A stretch of DNA of 64,000 bases from Cenococcum geophilum (lineage: Eukaryota). Below, piece after piece: positions 36,546-51,200 of this stretch (the stretch's first letter is position 1; every line of letters starts with the position of its first letter). The stretch is from NCBI GenBank assembly GCA_050273025.1, contig CP158636.1, forward strand, positions 9,362,001-9,426,000, given 5' to 3'. Under the pieces are notes generated by a model, which was given only the letters and a program-made list of their open reading frames with translations, had not been told where the DNA came from and ran no database searches. The position numbers were made by a program, and so were the translations under genes.

Positions 36546-39500
36546 ATTACGTATTTCCTAATCTGTATGTCTACTGATCAGTGTTGGTATACTCGCTTTA
36601 TCAACGTGTATGAATATTACTTGTAGTGGTACGTATGCGGTGTTGAAGTTGGTAGTTGATTTGTTTTTGGAAGAAAGGGGTTGCTCTAAGGTCAGACAGT
36701 TAGTCTCGCTTTGTAGTCTTGTGACTACGTCACGTGATTAACGTTCCGACACTAACTAATTAGACAACTTTAACCGCCGGTTAAAGTTTTTAGATATCTT
36801 AAGACCTTATATAACTAAGAAATTTCTAAGGACTCCCTTTTAACCTAACCTTTAACTTATATATATAGAGTATTTATATTAACAAACGTCTTTAGTGCCT
36901 TATTTGGGTTCGCCTTTATTATTATATCTATTAGGTTATCTTAGCCATTAATCTATTAAATCTTAAAAAGTTTTTAACGCTTATAGGATTGTTAAAGTGC
37001 CATAATATTAATTATAAGACGCTTTTCCTTTATAGTATTAAGCTTAACTAAATACTTATAGAGGGAATATAAGTTAGTATATACGATTATAGGGATAATA
37101 GGAAGTTTAAGTCGATCTATAATTATCTTTAGGGTAGTTCCAATTATAATTGCTATATTAACTCCGCTAACTATTTTATATATCTCTAACGCTAAAATAC
37201 TTTAGGTAATACGCTTACTTTTAGTTAAGCTCTAATAAATAAGATTGCCATAGATTATAAAGTTATTCTCTTTAGTAAATTTATTTATAATAATAATCTT
37301 ATATCCTAACTAGGAGCTAAAATCTTTATTATTTATAAACGATTTATTAATAAATATAAAGAGCTTAGCGGTAGGAAGATTAATAGGCATATAGAGTAGT
37401 CCCCAATTAAGATGGTTTATTTACTAAAAAAGACGTTTATTTAGGGTAAGAACGTCGTCCTTAGTTAGTTCCTAGTATTAGGCAGTAATGGGAAGATTAA
37501 ATAAAGCCTTAGGTTAACAGATAGAAGTAATATAAGCTTTGCGAGTATATTACTCTATATATCCTTACTTTAGAGAATTAACGTTAATAACATTAATTTT
37601 CTTACCTTAACCCTTCTGGCGTAAAGCAATAGAATCCTTATTTAGGGAGAGAATATATTTATTAAAGAGTAATAGTAGTATTAAATTAAGCTTTTCTTTT
37701 AGCTTTACTATAAGATTTGCCTTTGCTAGCTTATCTTCTTTAAGAACTAAGAATTAGTCGTCTTCTAGGATAGTTATATTATTAGTTTATATACTAACGA
37801 TTTTAAATAGAGTTCCTATAGTTATAATAAGGAAGTAGGGATTAAATATAGATATAGTTATTAAAAGCTTCTCTTTATAGTGCTTACTATAGGTAGCCTA
37901 CTAGTAAGTTCCTACCTCTGCGATTCTATATAATAGCTTAAGCACAACTATAATCGTATCTTTAGGATACTAGTAGCGAATTTACTCTAGAAGGTATGCC
38001 AATATTAAGCGCTAAAGGTGCGTCTTTAATTAGGTGTAGGCTTAAGTAATATCTTATAAATAAACCGCTATTCTATTCTTTATTAAGGAGGGAGCTAATA
38101 TAATAATAACTCGCTAACTAGCTCGTTAAATTATAAGAGATTATATAAGAATTATCTCTTTACTATTATTGATATACCCTTAGATAATAAGCCTTAATTT
38201 CTTAAATAGGGCGTTAGTAGCTTTGCCCTTAATTTTATTAACTATCCTTAACTTAAAGATACGAACTTTATTAAACTTAGTAGGGTTATACTTCTTAAAT
38301 TTAAAGACTCCTCTTATACTAAGACCGTTAATCTCCTACTTATTAAATACTTAGAAAGGAGCTCCTAAGGTTATAATATAACCTTCCTTTTAGAGCTATT
38401 TTGTAAGCTTAAAGTTAGCCTTCTCTTTAGCTATTATAAAGGCTATTAATAACTTAACTTTATTCTTAATAGCGGCAATAAATTGTTCTTTAAAATTAAT
38501 AAGATGTTAGTAATTTTATAATCCCTTTAGACGACCTCTACTGCGTTATAGTTATAGTATATCTACTATAATTATATTAGGATTATAGTCGCCTTTTAGA
38601 GTACATTAATTATAATTCTTTTCTAGGGTATCTTCTAGGGCATCCTATAAAGGCTTAGAATTATTATCTTTATAGTAAGGCTTAATAATAGTTAAATAGA
38701 ATTAAGTGGGTCTGTAAGGCATCTAAATAGTATAAGTTTAGCCATTAATTATAATAAGTTAGTGTAGGCCTAACTATCCTCCCTTTTTACGCTATATGTA
38801 TACTTTAGACTAAAGTGGCAGATTAAGCGTAGTTAAGGTATTTAGGCCATTTCTTACTTCTAGTATATTATTAACCTAGTATATAGTATAGAGACGTCGT
38901 ACCTCTTTTATTATCTTATAAATAGCCTTAGCTTATTATATAATAGAGGGAGATAGTAGAGAATTATTAGTTATTTAAGGGTAGGCGTTAAAGATTAGTA
39001 ATATAGGTATAAGCTTATCTAGGCCAGCGGAATTATTAATAGCTTTAATAGCTATTTATAAGGTAAGTTTTTTGCTAGTATTCTTTAGTTTTAAAGAGAT
39101 AATCTTATATATATGGCATAATAGCGTATAATATTATTTTACTTTTCTAATACTATTATATACCTTAATGGGGACTTCCTTAACCTTAATTGCTATTGCC
39201 TTTATTTATTATTAGAACTCTATAAATAAGAAGTTCTTTTCTACGTTATAAACAATTTAATTAGGGGGTCCTAAGTAAATATTAATTTAGTATAATTAAA
39301 GGGTATCCTATATATTCCTAGCTAATATATCCTTTAGGAATTATGCGGCTTAAAAAAAAGTTAAAAAGTTAATAACTTAGAGTACTAGCTTGCCGCTAAG
39401 ATATATAATATTAATAATAATATAGAGGTTAAAGTTATAATTATCCTTAAGGGTAAACTTAAATTGGCTAGGGGACTTCTAGTTTATTTAGTAGTAATAG

Positions 39501-42500
39501 TAGTACTTTATAAGATGCTTAATTACCTTAACCTTAACTTTATAGCCTACTTATTAAAGAACCCTAAGCAATTAATAAATGGATAGGTGGCTGAAGCGAC
39601 GGTATAGTTAGCGTAATTTTAACTTAGTTAAGTAGCTTTAAGTAATACTCTTTTCTAGTTAATAAAGGAGCAACTAGGGGTAACCCTACTTGCGTATAAT
39701 AGGCACCTAATTATCTCCCTAAATAAGTATATTCTTAAGGTTATTAAGCCTAACGCCTAATTTATTTATATCTTTAATATAAAATAAAAATAGAGTATTT
39801 ATAGAAATAATATAAAAAGTAATATATCCTAAGGGGGTTTAGACCCTAATTATACTAAAAAAGATTATAGTACCCTTACTAAAACAAATTGTATATTAGC
39901 CTGTCGTTAAATAGTTAATCTAAATAGAGTTATTAAGCTACTAAAGGGCTTAAACTTAAGGTTCTCCTACTATAGATACTTCTGCGGCTCCTATATCCGG
40001 TATAATACTATAAAAGATATACGCCAAGTATCTATTATTAAAGGAAAACGCGGAATTCTCCTTTAGCTTATTAAAGATATCTAATTTTATAATAAAATGG
40101 AGCGTAGATTAATTATTAAGAATAGTAATAGTTTATATACTATCTACCTTACTATACTTAGTAAAGTATTAGTTAGGGGAGTAGTTTTTAATTTCTATAT
40201 CTATAAAGAGCTATTTAACCTTATTAACCTTACCCTTAAGGTCTTTTACGCCTTTATATTAAACTAAGAAGCTTTAGAAGTAGGCTATAGTAACCTTATA
40301 ATTTTTAATATTTTTTATACTTTAACGGAACTTATTATATACCTCTTTTCGCTTATTAAGAGAGTGTCTAATTAACTAGTAATTTAGCTTCTTATAAATA
40401 TAGCACTTTTTTTAGTACTTACTTTAAAATAAACCTCTATAAGGACCTCTATAATTACCTTATAGTTAATATTAATTATACCCTTTACTATATTCCCTAC
40501 TACGGCCGCTATATATTTAATTAGTTTAGTTATAATTATATTAGTTAAAAACGCTTAGTTAGGTAGGGCTTTTAGTATAAAACTATTAAAATTCTTATAT
40601 TTATATTATAGTACCTATAGCGGAGCGTAGCTTAGTATATACTCCTTTAAACGTATTTATAGGTTTATATAATACTAAGTTATACTTAGAAACGCTATAG
40701 CATACTAAGATAACCTAGTCCCTTAGGCTGTTCTTATTTTAGTAAGTTTTAGTAAATCTATATTAAATTTTTTAGAGTTTATTAAAGAGTAGTTAAAGGC
40801 ACTTTAAATAAGTCTTTATTAGGTTAAAAGTAATAACTCTCTAAAATATAGTCTCTCGCTATTCGGATATATAAAGTTAGTAATTTTTATTAGTTTTAAA
40901 GTAGGCTCTAGTAAGCTAAAGCATTATATTAAAGCTATAGTTTTTACCTATAATATAGTTATAATAGAATATTACTGCCCGTCCCTTTAATATAATAAAG
41001 AAAGCGTAGTAGTACTAGTAGCATTAAATTCTAACCTTATTATAACAGTTATAGAAGACCTATAGTTTTGCTCTAAGTATATTATATAATTCTTTTTTAA
41101 ACTTCTTCTCTTTATTTAAATATACCTTTATTAGATTTGTAACTTCTTATAATAAAGGGTTACTAGTTAGCTAAAGTAAAAGAGCTAAAGGCAGTAGAGG
41201 TAGAGGACGAGTACCTCTAGGTAGGAGAGTACCTTTAAGTAAAAGAGTAGCGTTTTAGGGGGTTTGTTCTAAATTAAAGTTGCCTTTTAAAGAATATAGG
41301 TTAGTTATAGGTTTCTATAGTTAATATATAATCTTAGCTTCCGTCTATACTAGTTCTTTTATACTAATAATAACAGCCTAAATATTACTAGTAATTAGGT
41401 TACCGTTTTTAGTAATATATACCCTATTCCTATGGAGGAAGTCTTAAAAATCCTAAATAATATTAACATTGCTAAGTACCTAGGCGTTAGTGGTCTATCC
41501 TATAAAATCCTCCCTAAAATATTCCTATAGCTATATATTAGCATAGTATCTACTTTAGTAGAATATAATATAGTGTAGGAGAAAGCTATTAACTTATTTT
41601 GCGGTATAAGTTATTATATTAAATATAAATTTGTCCTAACTTTTATTAATAAGTTTCGCGTATAAAGCTACCCCTAGTAGTAAAGAGTCTTCCTAATTAT
41701 TTAAAGTAGGCGTAGCCATATTTTTAGAGGAAGGGAAGTATTATTAGCGTAGGGATTATTATTTAGTACGCGTTCGTAATATATATTTATCGTTTAGTAT
41801 ACGTTTATAATATATATTTACGATTATAGGGCTTAGGACTAGTTCTAGCCTTAAATTGTAAAGACTTATAAAGCGTATTATTCTACGTAATAGACATAGG
41901 AATCTATAATCTTAAAAAGGCTTAGGACCAGTTCTAGCCTTTAAATCCTTAGATTTGTTAAAAAGTTCTATTTAAGGTTTAGGACCAGTTCTAACCTTAA
42001 AAGACAGCTTCCTTTAGCATAAGTAGCACTAGTATAGTGGCTCGTCTCTTCTTAGTGGAATACCTAGCTGTTCTGTAGTATAATAGTAAAGTTAACTACT
42101 AATTAGTGTTAGTTATATAAGATAATATTATATAGCTACGGTTCGTAGATAGTGTAATAATTATTATTCTTATTCTTTCTAAAGAAAGGGGTAAGGAACT
42201 TAAGGTTCCTCACCACGCTAGTGCCGCGGCGGCACGTGACGGCAACTTGCCGCATATAATGGCAACTTGTTATACATGACGGTAATATGCCTTATATAGT
42301 AACTCCTTGCCTTTATTCCTAATAACTATAGTACTATAACGTTATTAATTTATTCTAAAGTCCTTTAAGCTATCTACTATATAATTAATAAGCCTATATA
42401 TATACTTAAATATCTTAAAGATATAATACCTATTAACTAAAATTAACCCTACTTTAGTAGATATATAGGTAATAGCTAGATAATAGCTTTATAGCTATTT

Positions 42501-43612
42501 AATAGAGACGCTAAGCTTACTATTTAATTATTTAATATTACTGTTGCTAGGGCTACTAAGTAGTAGGCTAGTAGAAGATATATTTAAAATTAAATAGTAG
42601 AGATTAATAGGCGCTTTAGAGAATAGAATAAAATTTAATAAAGTACCCGATAAAGAAGGCATTAAAGAAGATTTTATATTTAGTATAGGATCTACTATAA
42701 GATAATTAGTGGTAATAATTAGTAATATAAAGAAAGTATTACTACTTATATGGTATTATATACCTATTATAATATTTACTAGTTCTACTACTAGTTTTAC
42801 TACTATATCTAGTTTATTAAAAGCTATTATACTATTAAATATAATTAGCTAATAATTATATAACTATAATATAAGTCTCTTATTACTACTATTATTAGAA
42901 AGGGGAGCTTATTAATTAATTTATACTATAAGAGTTACTTTAATAGTAACTATAGCTACCTAGAGATATATTTATATATTTATCCTCCTTATTCTATAAG
43001 TATTTACTATACTTAATCTTTAATAATAAAGATAGACCTAATATATTAAGTATAGCTTTTCTCCTATTCTATTATATCTAATTAACGTACTAAATAGTAG
43101 GGTTATATTGTAACGAAGCCTTGTAGGAAATACTACGGTAGACTTATTAATGGGCCGGGTATATAAGTAAATAAGAAGTTAACAACGTATTAATAACTAG
43201 TGGAGTGGTTACCTAATAGATTAACTCTAATTATATTCTAAGATTTACTATAAAAAAGAGAAACTATCTATAGAGACTATATGTCCTTAAATATATAACT
43301 CCTCCCTATAGTAAAGGGTTTAGTACGTTAGTACGTTAGTACGTCGCGTTCCTATATTCCGAACTTATAACGTAACTAATTATATAACTTAGCTGCCCCT
43401 TATTCTATAGCTTAATCGGTTTTAGTACCTCCTATACTATTTTAACTAACCCGTTTATATCCCTTTTTAATAGTTATACTATTACTAATATAAGGTCTAT
43501 AACACCATCCCCCTCCTCTTTATCTTTGTCCTTAAAGATATCTCCTATCTTTAAGTTGTCTATTAGAGGTATGGCATTCCCATCTTTAATTTAATAACCT
43601 TTATTATTCCTA

Positions 43613-44303
43613 ATGCCTCCTATTAAATCTTCTGCGTCTAATTATTATAACTAGCTAGTGACGTTTATTCTGTCGCTTAGTGAAGTTATATTATCCTATT
43701 TTTATTATATAGAGAAGAAGTTAGTATATATTGTAATTATAGCTCTATCTAGTTACTAACCTTCTTTATATACTAAATATACGTAAGTAAATATGTAATT
43801 ATCCTATAATGTTTAATTAGTTTCTAATGCTAAGTATACATATCTTATTATTCTTTATAGTTATTTAGTTCCTTATCAAATCTACTTTAGGGTTACGCGT
43901 ATTAGTAGCGGCCGAAAGACTAGAGATAAGCTAGCTAAGGTTCTTACTAAGGTTTAGCGTTATTTTAATAAGGCGTCTTAGGCTCTAAAAGCTTAACTAA
44001 ATGCTTATACTCGCCTAAGCCGTTTAATAAAGGTGCGTAAAAAGGTGCGCTTAAGAGAGCTTCGTCTTATAGAGTAAGGTTTATCTAAGCTTAAGGCTAA
44101 GAAGGCTAAAAAGGATTTTATTTAAGGAGAGGCGGAAATAGCTAATATACTAGTAGTAGATCCTTTAGATAACCTAGCTCGTCTATTACCTTTAATTAAT
44201 TCTTTTATTATTAGCTTCTTCTTAATATTACCTAACCTATTTTCTTTTAATACTCCTATACCTTTCCTATTGCGTTTTTTAAGTTCTATAGTAGTTCCTA
44301 GGT
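43613..44303 (+). pseudogene. Antisense accessory ORF in the Gypsy-1 3' region: putative Zn2Cys6-like cluster + coiled coil, RIPed
   Basis: ATG CCT CCT at 43613. Six in-frame TAT codons (RIP of TGT) at 43697-43807 are spaced C-x2-C-x6-C-x13-C-x2-C-x8-C. Downstream heptad-rich ELAEVLAEVQRH...RLSRLMKVREKVRLRELRLVEQGLSELEAEE after a probable intron or frameshift. Confidence 0.65.
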
Positions 44304-47300
44304 AGTTTTATTATAGCCTATCCACTTAACCTTATACTATGTTTTATTATTAATATCCTTATAACCGATAATCTTTAAAACTTATTATTTGTCTTCCTCT
44401 TATCCTTTATATGTGTTTGCTTTATAAACTAGTAGTTTAATATTCCCGTATACTAGCATTATAATATATTATATAGAGTAGATCTTTATTCTAGCTAATA
44501 GGTTTAACTTAAATATAACTAGTAAAATTCTTTATATAATTTTAAAAGATCCTAGTCTGATATAATCTAATTTTTTACTTAGTTGTTAACGCTTAAAATT
44601 TTTATATAGTAGCTATACTTTATCCCCCTCCTTAAGATCTAGTCCCTTAAATCTCTTAGCGTTATAGTACCTTTTTATTCTTTTTTATACCTTTTTTACT
44701 AATTATATAAGGTCTATATAAAGATTTATTAATATCTTTATTCTTTCTTTAGCTATACTACTTATTTTCTTCGCTTACTATAGTAATAATAATGTTCCTA
44801 GCTTATATCTATAATTCGCCTTAAATAGTAATATGCCTATTCCTTCCTATAGTATTATATTATATATAAACTATATAACTAGTAATAACGATACCTAATT
44901 ATTCTGTATATAATTAATATAATGTCTTAGATACTGTTCTAGCGTCTAATTTAATCTTTCTATTTAACTATCTGTTTGCGGATAATATGCAGTAAAAGTT
45001 GCTGCTCTAACTCCTTATTCCGCTAAGAATACCTCCTAAAATACTATTATAAATCTTAGATCTCTGTCTAATATAATTTTACTTAATACTCTATATCTTA
45101 TAAATACTTCTTTAATATAAATTATAGCGACATCTTCTACTAAGATTTCTTTTATATATACTATAAAGTAGCCCTACTTAGTTAACTTATCCACTATTAC
45201 TAAGATTACGTCGTGCTCTTATCCGGTAATAGGATCTTTTAACTTTAGTAACTTAATAATAAAGTCCTATAATATAACCTCCTATAGTCTCTCTAGTATT
45301 TTAATAGGTTATAGCTCTCTATATAGCTTATGCCTTATTAGTTTATTCCTTTAGAAATCTAGATATTCCTTTATTACTTTTCTAGCTATACCCTAGATTC
45401 CGTTAATAATATATTCCTCTTAAAGTCTTAACACTAAGCCTATTACTCTATTGTGCCCTTAAGTTATTCCCTTATAAAAGTCTTCTATAAAATGCTCTGC
45501 TATACTTTTTAAGATATACTTTACTTCTTAGTTTTTATATATATCTATCTATAGATCTTCTAGCTGTGCTTTTAAAATTCTTTATACCTAAAAGCTCTTT
45601 GGTGTCTTATAGACTCTTCCTAGTTTACTATTTTCTTAAGTTACTACTAGCTTAAGGTAATTATATCTAATTAATCCGTCCTTATCTCTGCGTAGTATTA
45701 CTCCTAATAGTTTCTTATTATTCTATAATTTAGCCTTTCTACTTAGCATATCTACTCTTGCATTTTTAGTTCCTTTAATATACTAAATCTTAAAATAGTA
45801 TTCTATAAGCATCTCTACCCATCTAACTTATCTATAATTAAGTTCTTTTATTATTAGGAACCCTGTTAAGTTCTTATAATCCGTTTTAACTATAAATAGT
45901 TTCTCTACGCCTTATAAGAATGCTCTCTATTTCTTAAGTGCTGTAACTATACCTAATAACTCTTTATTATAGATATTATAGTTTAACTCTAGTAGTGTTA
46001 TTTTCAGACTATAGTATGCTACTGGGTGCTATATATTCTTATACTTCTATAGTAAACATACTCCTAGTATAAAGTCTAATACGTCTATTTTTACAACTAT
46101 ATCTAGCCCTAGTTAATAAATTTTAAGGATTAGCTCCTAGGTGAATAACTCCTTAAGTTCCTTAAACAACTTCTTTTATTTATCTCCCTATACCTATAGT
46201 TCCTCTTTCTTTATAAGCCTAGTAAAGGGTTTAATACTCTTTAACTATTATACTATAAACATCCTATAGTAGTTGTATAACCCTAAAAATAACTTTAACT
46301 ACATTACATTTTCTAGTTCTTACCAACTTACTATAGCTTTAATTTTCCTTAGGTCTATACTAATATAACCTAGTTTAATAATAAATTTAATAAAATCGGT
46401 TTTCTTAGTAAAGAACTTATATTTCTTAATTGCTACTAGTATCTGTTCTTCTTATAGTCTCTTTAAAACCTATTTAACGTATCCTCCGTATTCTTCCTTA
46501 GTTATTAAGTAGATAATAATATTATTAAGGTATACTATAACAAACTCATTAAGGTATTCTCCTAATACACTATTAATTCATTTCTAAAATATTACTAGTA
46601 TATTTATTAACCTAAATTGCATTACTAATAGTTTATATAGTTCTTCCTTTAACCTAAAAGCTGCTTTTTATTTATTACCTTCCTTAATTCTAATCTAATA
46701 GTAACGTGGTATATGGGGTTTTGCTTAGCCCCTGGGTTTTGCTTAAGCTAGTAGACCGCCTCCCTTTTTAGGCTAGTGGGTTTCCTAAAGTAAAATATTA
46801 CCACTTCCAAACTTTAAATATTAACTTTTTACTAACTAAACCATATTTTAACTCCACCAAATCTATTATTAAATAATAGCTATGCCCTTTAAACCTCGTG
46901 TGCTAGATGCAGAAGACCGCTTATAAGCTGCTTTAACAGCCTAGCGAACTAGCGGCCTTTATCGCAGCCCAGAAGCCTGCGTAAAGGCCTATAGGGTACT
47001 TTCTTCTACCTTTTAAAGACGCCTGCAGGGTAAACACTAACCTTACTAAGTCGCCTATATAAACTAATATTATATTACACTAGCTGGCGAAGCAGCAATT
47101 ATTCGGCACTGTATTTATCTTACCAATACTAGATTTCCGTGTCAACTCTATACAATCCAGATAATAGCCACTATTATTCTGCAACGCGAACACACCTACC
47201 TTCCTTAGTACTGTAAGATTTAACCACTAGGTAAGAACTGGGTTAGTTGCTTCCTAAAGCAATAGGATAAGCTTTAAATCTACTATATACGGTTAATTAA

Positions 47301-48294
47301 CCTAGAACGAGCTATTGCTAATAATAATCCCGCCCTTATTATAAAGTTCTTTTCTAATTACTCTAACGCTAAGACCCAGTATAATGTTAAAGACGATGAC
47401 ACCTGGAATATGGATGAGATTAGTACCTTAATGGGCTATACATATAGCGCTAAGGTGGTAATATTGCAAGGCAAGGCCACCAATTTTAAGACGATTAACG
47501 GCTCTAGGGAGTAGGTCTTATAGATTAATTATATAGGTATAGGGGGAATAACTATACCGCCCTTTATTATTTTTAAAGGCCACGTACACACTAAGAGAAT
47601 ATAGGAGGAAGCTCGCGAAGCTCTTAGCGACTGTTTAATTGGTATTAGTAAGAATAGTTGGTTAAATTAAGAAATTGGACTAAAGTAGCTAAAGTACTTT
47701 AAGCACCATACCCAGCGACCTAAGATATAGGAGAGGGCAGTAGTAGAGGCAGTAGAAGAAGGAAGAAATAGTAAATTAATTGGCTATCGACTACTGGTAA
47801 TAGATAGCCATAGCAGCCATATTAACGTCAGCTTTATTAAGTACTGCTAGAACTATAAGATTATACCTATATGCCTACCTCCGCATTCAACGCATATACT
47901 CCAGCCATTGGATCTTATTATATTTTCGCTTCTTAAGCGCGTATACTCTACAAAAGTTAACGAATACATAGCTTGCGGAATTACTAGTATAAACAAAGAC
48001 TATTTTATAAAGATTCTTGGCGAGATTTAACCGCAAATTTATACGAAGACTTTAATAAAAAGTGCCTTTAAGGCGGCAGGCCTCCTCCTATACAACCCAA
48101 ATTGACCCCTTATATGCTACTCTGCTTGGCCATTTACTCCTCCACCTTGCCTAGCTAAGGCGACGATTTTATTATCACCTTTACATCCTCCCCCTCCTAA
48201 TAGCGCCTATACTAGATCTCATTACTAGTAAACAATCCTTTATCTAGAAATAACTTTAGAGGTAATAAAGGCCTATGTTAATTCGCTAATACAG

Positions 48295-51200
48295 TATTAC
48301 GGCACTGGCAGAAAGCGGTAGCTATGGTAGACGTTATAGTAGACGCAAGGCTCACGTGACTCTTACGTAACTAGGGATCGTATATAACTCCTCGCGTTGC
48401 TACTTATTCTTTCCTTTCTTTTTCTTTAGCTTTAGATTCTTGTTTATAGACAATCCAATTATACAGGCTTGCGCGTCCCTCTTACTGTGCTTATACCTTA
48501 ATTAACTAAGTCACTAACATTATCTAAAGCTCGCTCTACTCTTTCTTCCTAAGAAGGAACTTAAATATATCTATAAGACTATAAATAGGATAAAAACACA
48601 GAATAGGACCCTAAGGATAGGACCTAAAAGAAAAGAATAGAACCCTAAGGAAAGGACCTATAAGATACGCATAGACCAGAACCCCTAAAGAAATTACCCG
48701 GAATTACCTAATACCCCTACCACCATGCTACAAAACACAGCAGCCGGTAAAGCCGCTGCAGGACCCGTAAATACTTCAGATAAAGAAACAATTAACGTTT
48801 TAACCCCCTAGGCGGAGCTTGCGGCTGCCAATGCCGAAATTAAACGACTGCGAGAGCTACTTAAAGCTAGAGATACCCCTATATTTAATAATAAGTCATT
48901 ATTAGACAACTAAAGACTTGCTATAGTCCTATAGGCCCTATTCTAGCGCCTTAGTAGATCTACCAAGGCCTATATAGCACTAAAGCTGTCGGCAAAGGTT
49001 GCGGATCCCCTACTACTTACGGATAGAATAGACCCGATATTTAATAACTGGAAGCTTTAATTACGGGACAAGCTTAAAGTTAATGCTAACTACTTTCCTA
49101 CCCCCCAAGCCAAGATAGCCTACGTCTTTAGCCGTACTAGCGGAGACGCCTAAACGCATTTACGCTTACGATACACTAAAGACTTAGCAAACCCCTTTAT
49201 CTCTAAAGAAGAAATAACTAAATACTTGTCTTCTATTTATAAAGACCCTTTTAAAGTATAAAACGCCCGCCTTAGCTATAAAAGCCTAAATATAAAAACA
49301 ATGGAGACCTTTTTGGCCTTCTAAACCCGCTTTCTATACCTAGCCGGATAGGCCCAGATCCCCTAGGAAGACCTACTACTAAACCTCTTTAATAAGCTTA
49401 CCCTAGACCTATAGCGGGCCGTATTACCAGCCTATACTACGGCACAGACGTTAAAGGAACTTACGGACTATTGCCTAGCTATTAACTAAGGCCTCTATTA
49501 AATTAAGGTACGCGCTAATTAGCTAAAAACTAGAAACCTTATAAACTAGGCTATAAGTATTACAAGTACGGCCCGTAGTGCCCCAGTACAATTGGCAACT
49601 CCTATAGTTAACCCAGCAGCTAGCCGCGCAGCTACCCCTGCTGCGGGTCCGGTATACACCCGGCCTATATATAGCGACCCCTATATATAGGCCCTTAGCA
49701 ATTAAGGAGCTTGCTTCTTATACGGTTAAATAGGCTACCCTATAAGGAACTGCCTAACAAAGGCAAAGACAAGCGAGGTTCTGTTAATTTAGGAGGACAG
49801 TGTGGAGCCGGAAAAAGAGAAACCCTAGAGGAAGACTCCTCTCTAGGGTTAAAAGGGATTGATATGTTACATATTAATCTAGGTCGGCTAATTAGTGGAA
49901 GAAGCTGCACTATTCCTTATACTTTATTCCGTAATAGATATTAAGTTTTAACCTCTACTTTAGCTAACTTAGGAGCAAATGCCTTTACCTTAATAGACAC
50001 CCAGTATGCCGTAAAGCTGGCTAACTTTTTAAATGCACCCCTTAAAGAACTGCCCAAACTAATTCCTATTTGTGGGTATAACGGACAGATAGGGCCACCT
50101 ATTAAGACTATTTTGTGGATTTACCTCCGCGTTAATAGATAAAGGTAATATAATATCCCCTTTCTTATTACGGACTTAGGAAGCTATAATATAATCTTAA
50201 AAAGAAAATGGCTAGCCTATTTAGGCTTACAGCTCGAAGTACGAAGTAGACGGCTTATCTAGCCTAAAACTCTACCCCCAACCCCTTCCTTTATAAAAGA
50301 AATCAGCATTATAATAGAAAACCTTATACGGCCCCAGATTAATACCATTTATTAGGCCAATGCTATGCGCAGAGACTAGGCCTTTAAGAAGGATATACAG
50401 CTTAACCCGCAACGGATCCGTATACTACGCCGCCCTTAGACTACCTATATTACGCCACCCGCACTAAAGACCTAGGAAGTTGGTAGTGACCTAGCTAAGT
50501 CCCCTATGGAAAACCCTATAAAGCCACAAAGGAAAGCCAGGGATATTAGACGCTATACTAAACTAATAGATAGGAAGGACAACTTACGGAAAATAGAATG
50601 TAAGCTAAGGAAGACTATAAACCATATACCGCAAACTACGGCCTAACGGACGCTAAAGAAACCTACAGACCTCCCACCAGTTAATGTCTGCTATATTAGC
50701 GCTATAGGATTCTACCGGAACCTGGTTTAGCCTAATACCGTTACCTTTACAACTAGCCTATACAAAATTAACTAAATAATTAAGGAAAAGGAAAGTGAGC
50801 TTAGCGGATAAGAAAGCGGGCTTATAGATAAAGAACTAGTAGAATAAAAACTGCCTAATTAACACCAGAAATTTAAGGACGTATTCTCTAAGGCAGCGTC
50901 TAACATGCTTCTACCCTACTGACTATATAACTATAAGATCAAGATTAAGCAAGATAAGGGAAGTACCCTTAGCTTTAGCCCTCTCTACCTACAGTCTATT
51001 GCCGAATTATAGGCTATAAAGCAGTACCTTATTAACAACCTAAATAAGGGCTTTATCAAGCCTAGCTAAGCCCCTTTTAACTTACCTATTTTCTTTATTA
51101 AAAAGCTAAATAGAGAACTACGCTTCTGCATTAACTACTATAAGCTAAATAATATAACCCACAAGGACTGCTACCCGCTGCCCTTACTTAATAAGACTCT

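Larger units (their letters stand above)
33603..36751 (-). mobile_element. Non-autonomous, internally deleted GalEa Copia (Copia-4) nested in Copia-3
   Basis: 170-bp LTRs at 33603-33772 and 36582-36751. TSD ctaac. Intact CTGATCAGT at 36573-36581 (minus strand). Pro-rich gag, then only short integrase (GVPVEAHNSI) and RNase H (TDSKSLYDCLVRLGTTQEKRLMID) fragments. Confidence 0.9.
32819..42324 (-). mobile_element. GalEa Copia LTR retrotransposon (Copia-3), same family as Copia-1, opposite strand
   Basis: 5' LTR 42107-42324. 3' LTR 32819-33298 (218 bp once the solo LTR is removed). TSD actat. Gag ATG at 41719. Reverse-complement match to Copia-1 throughout. Confidence 0.95.
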
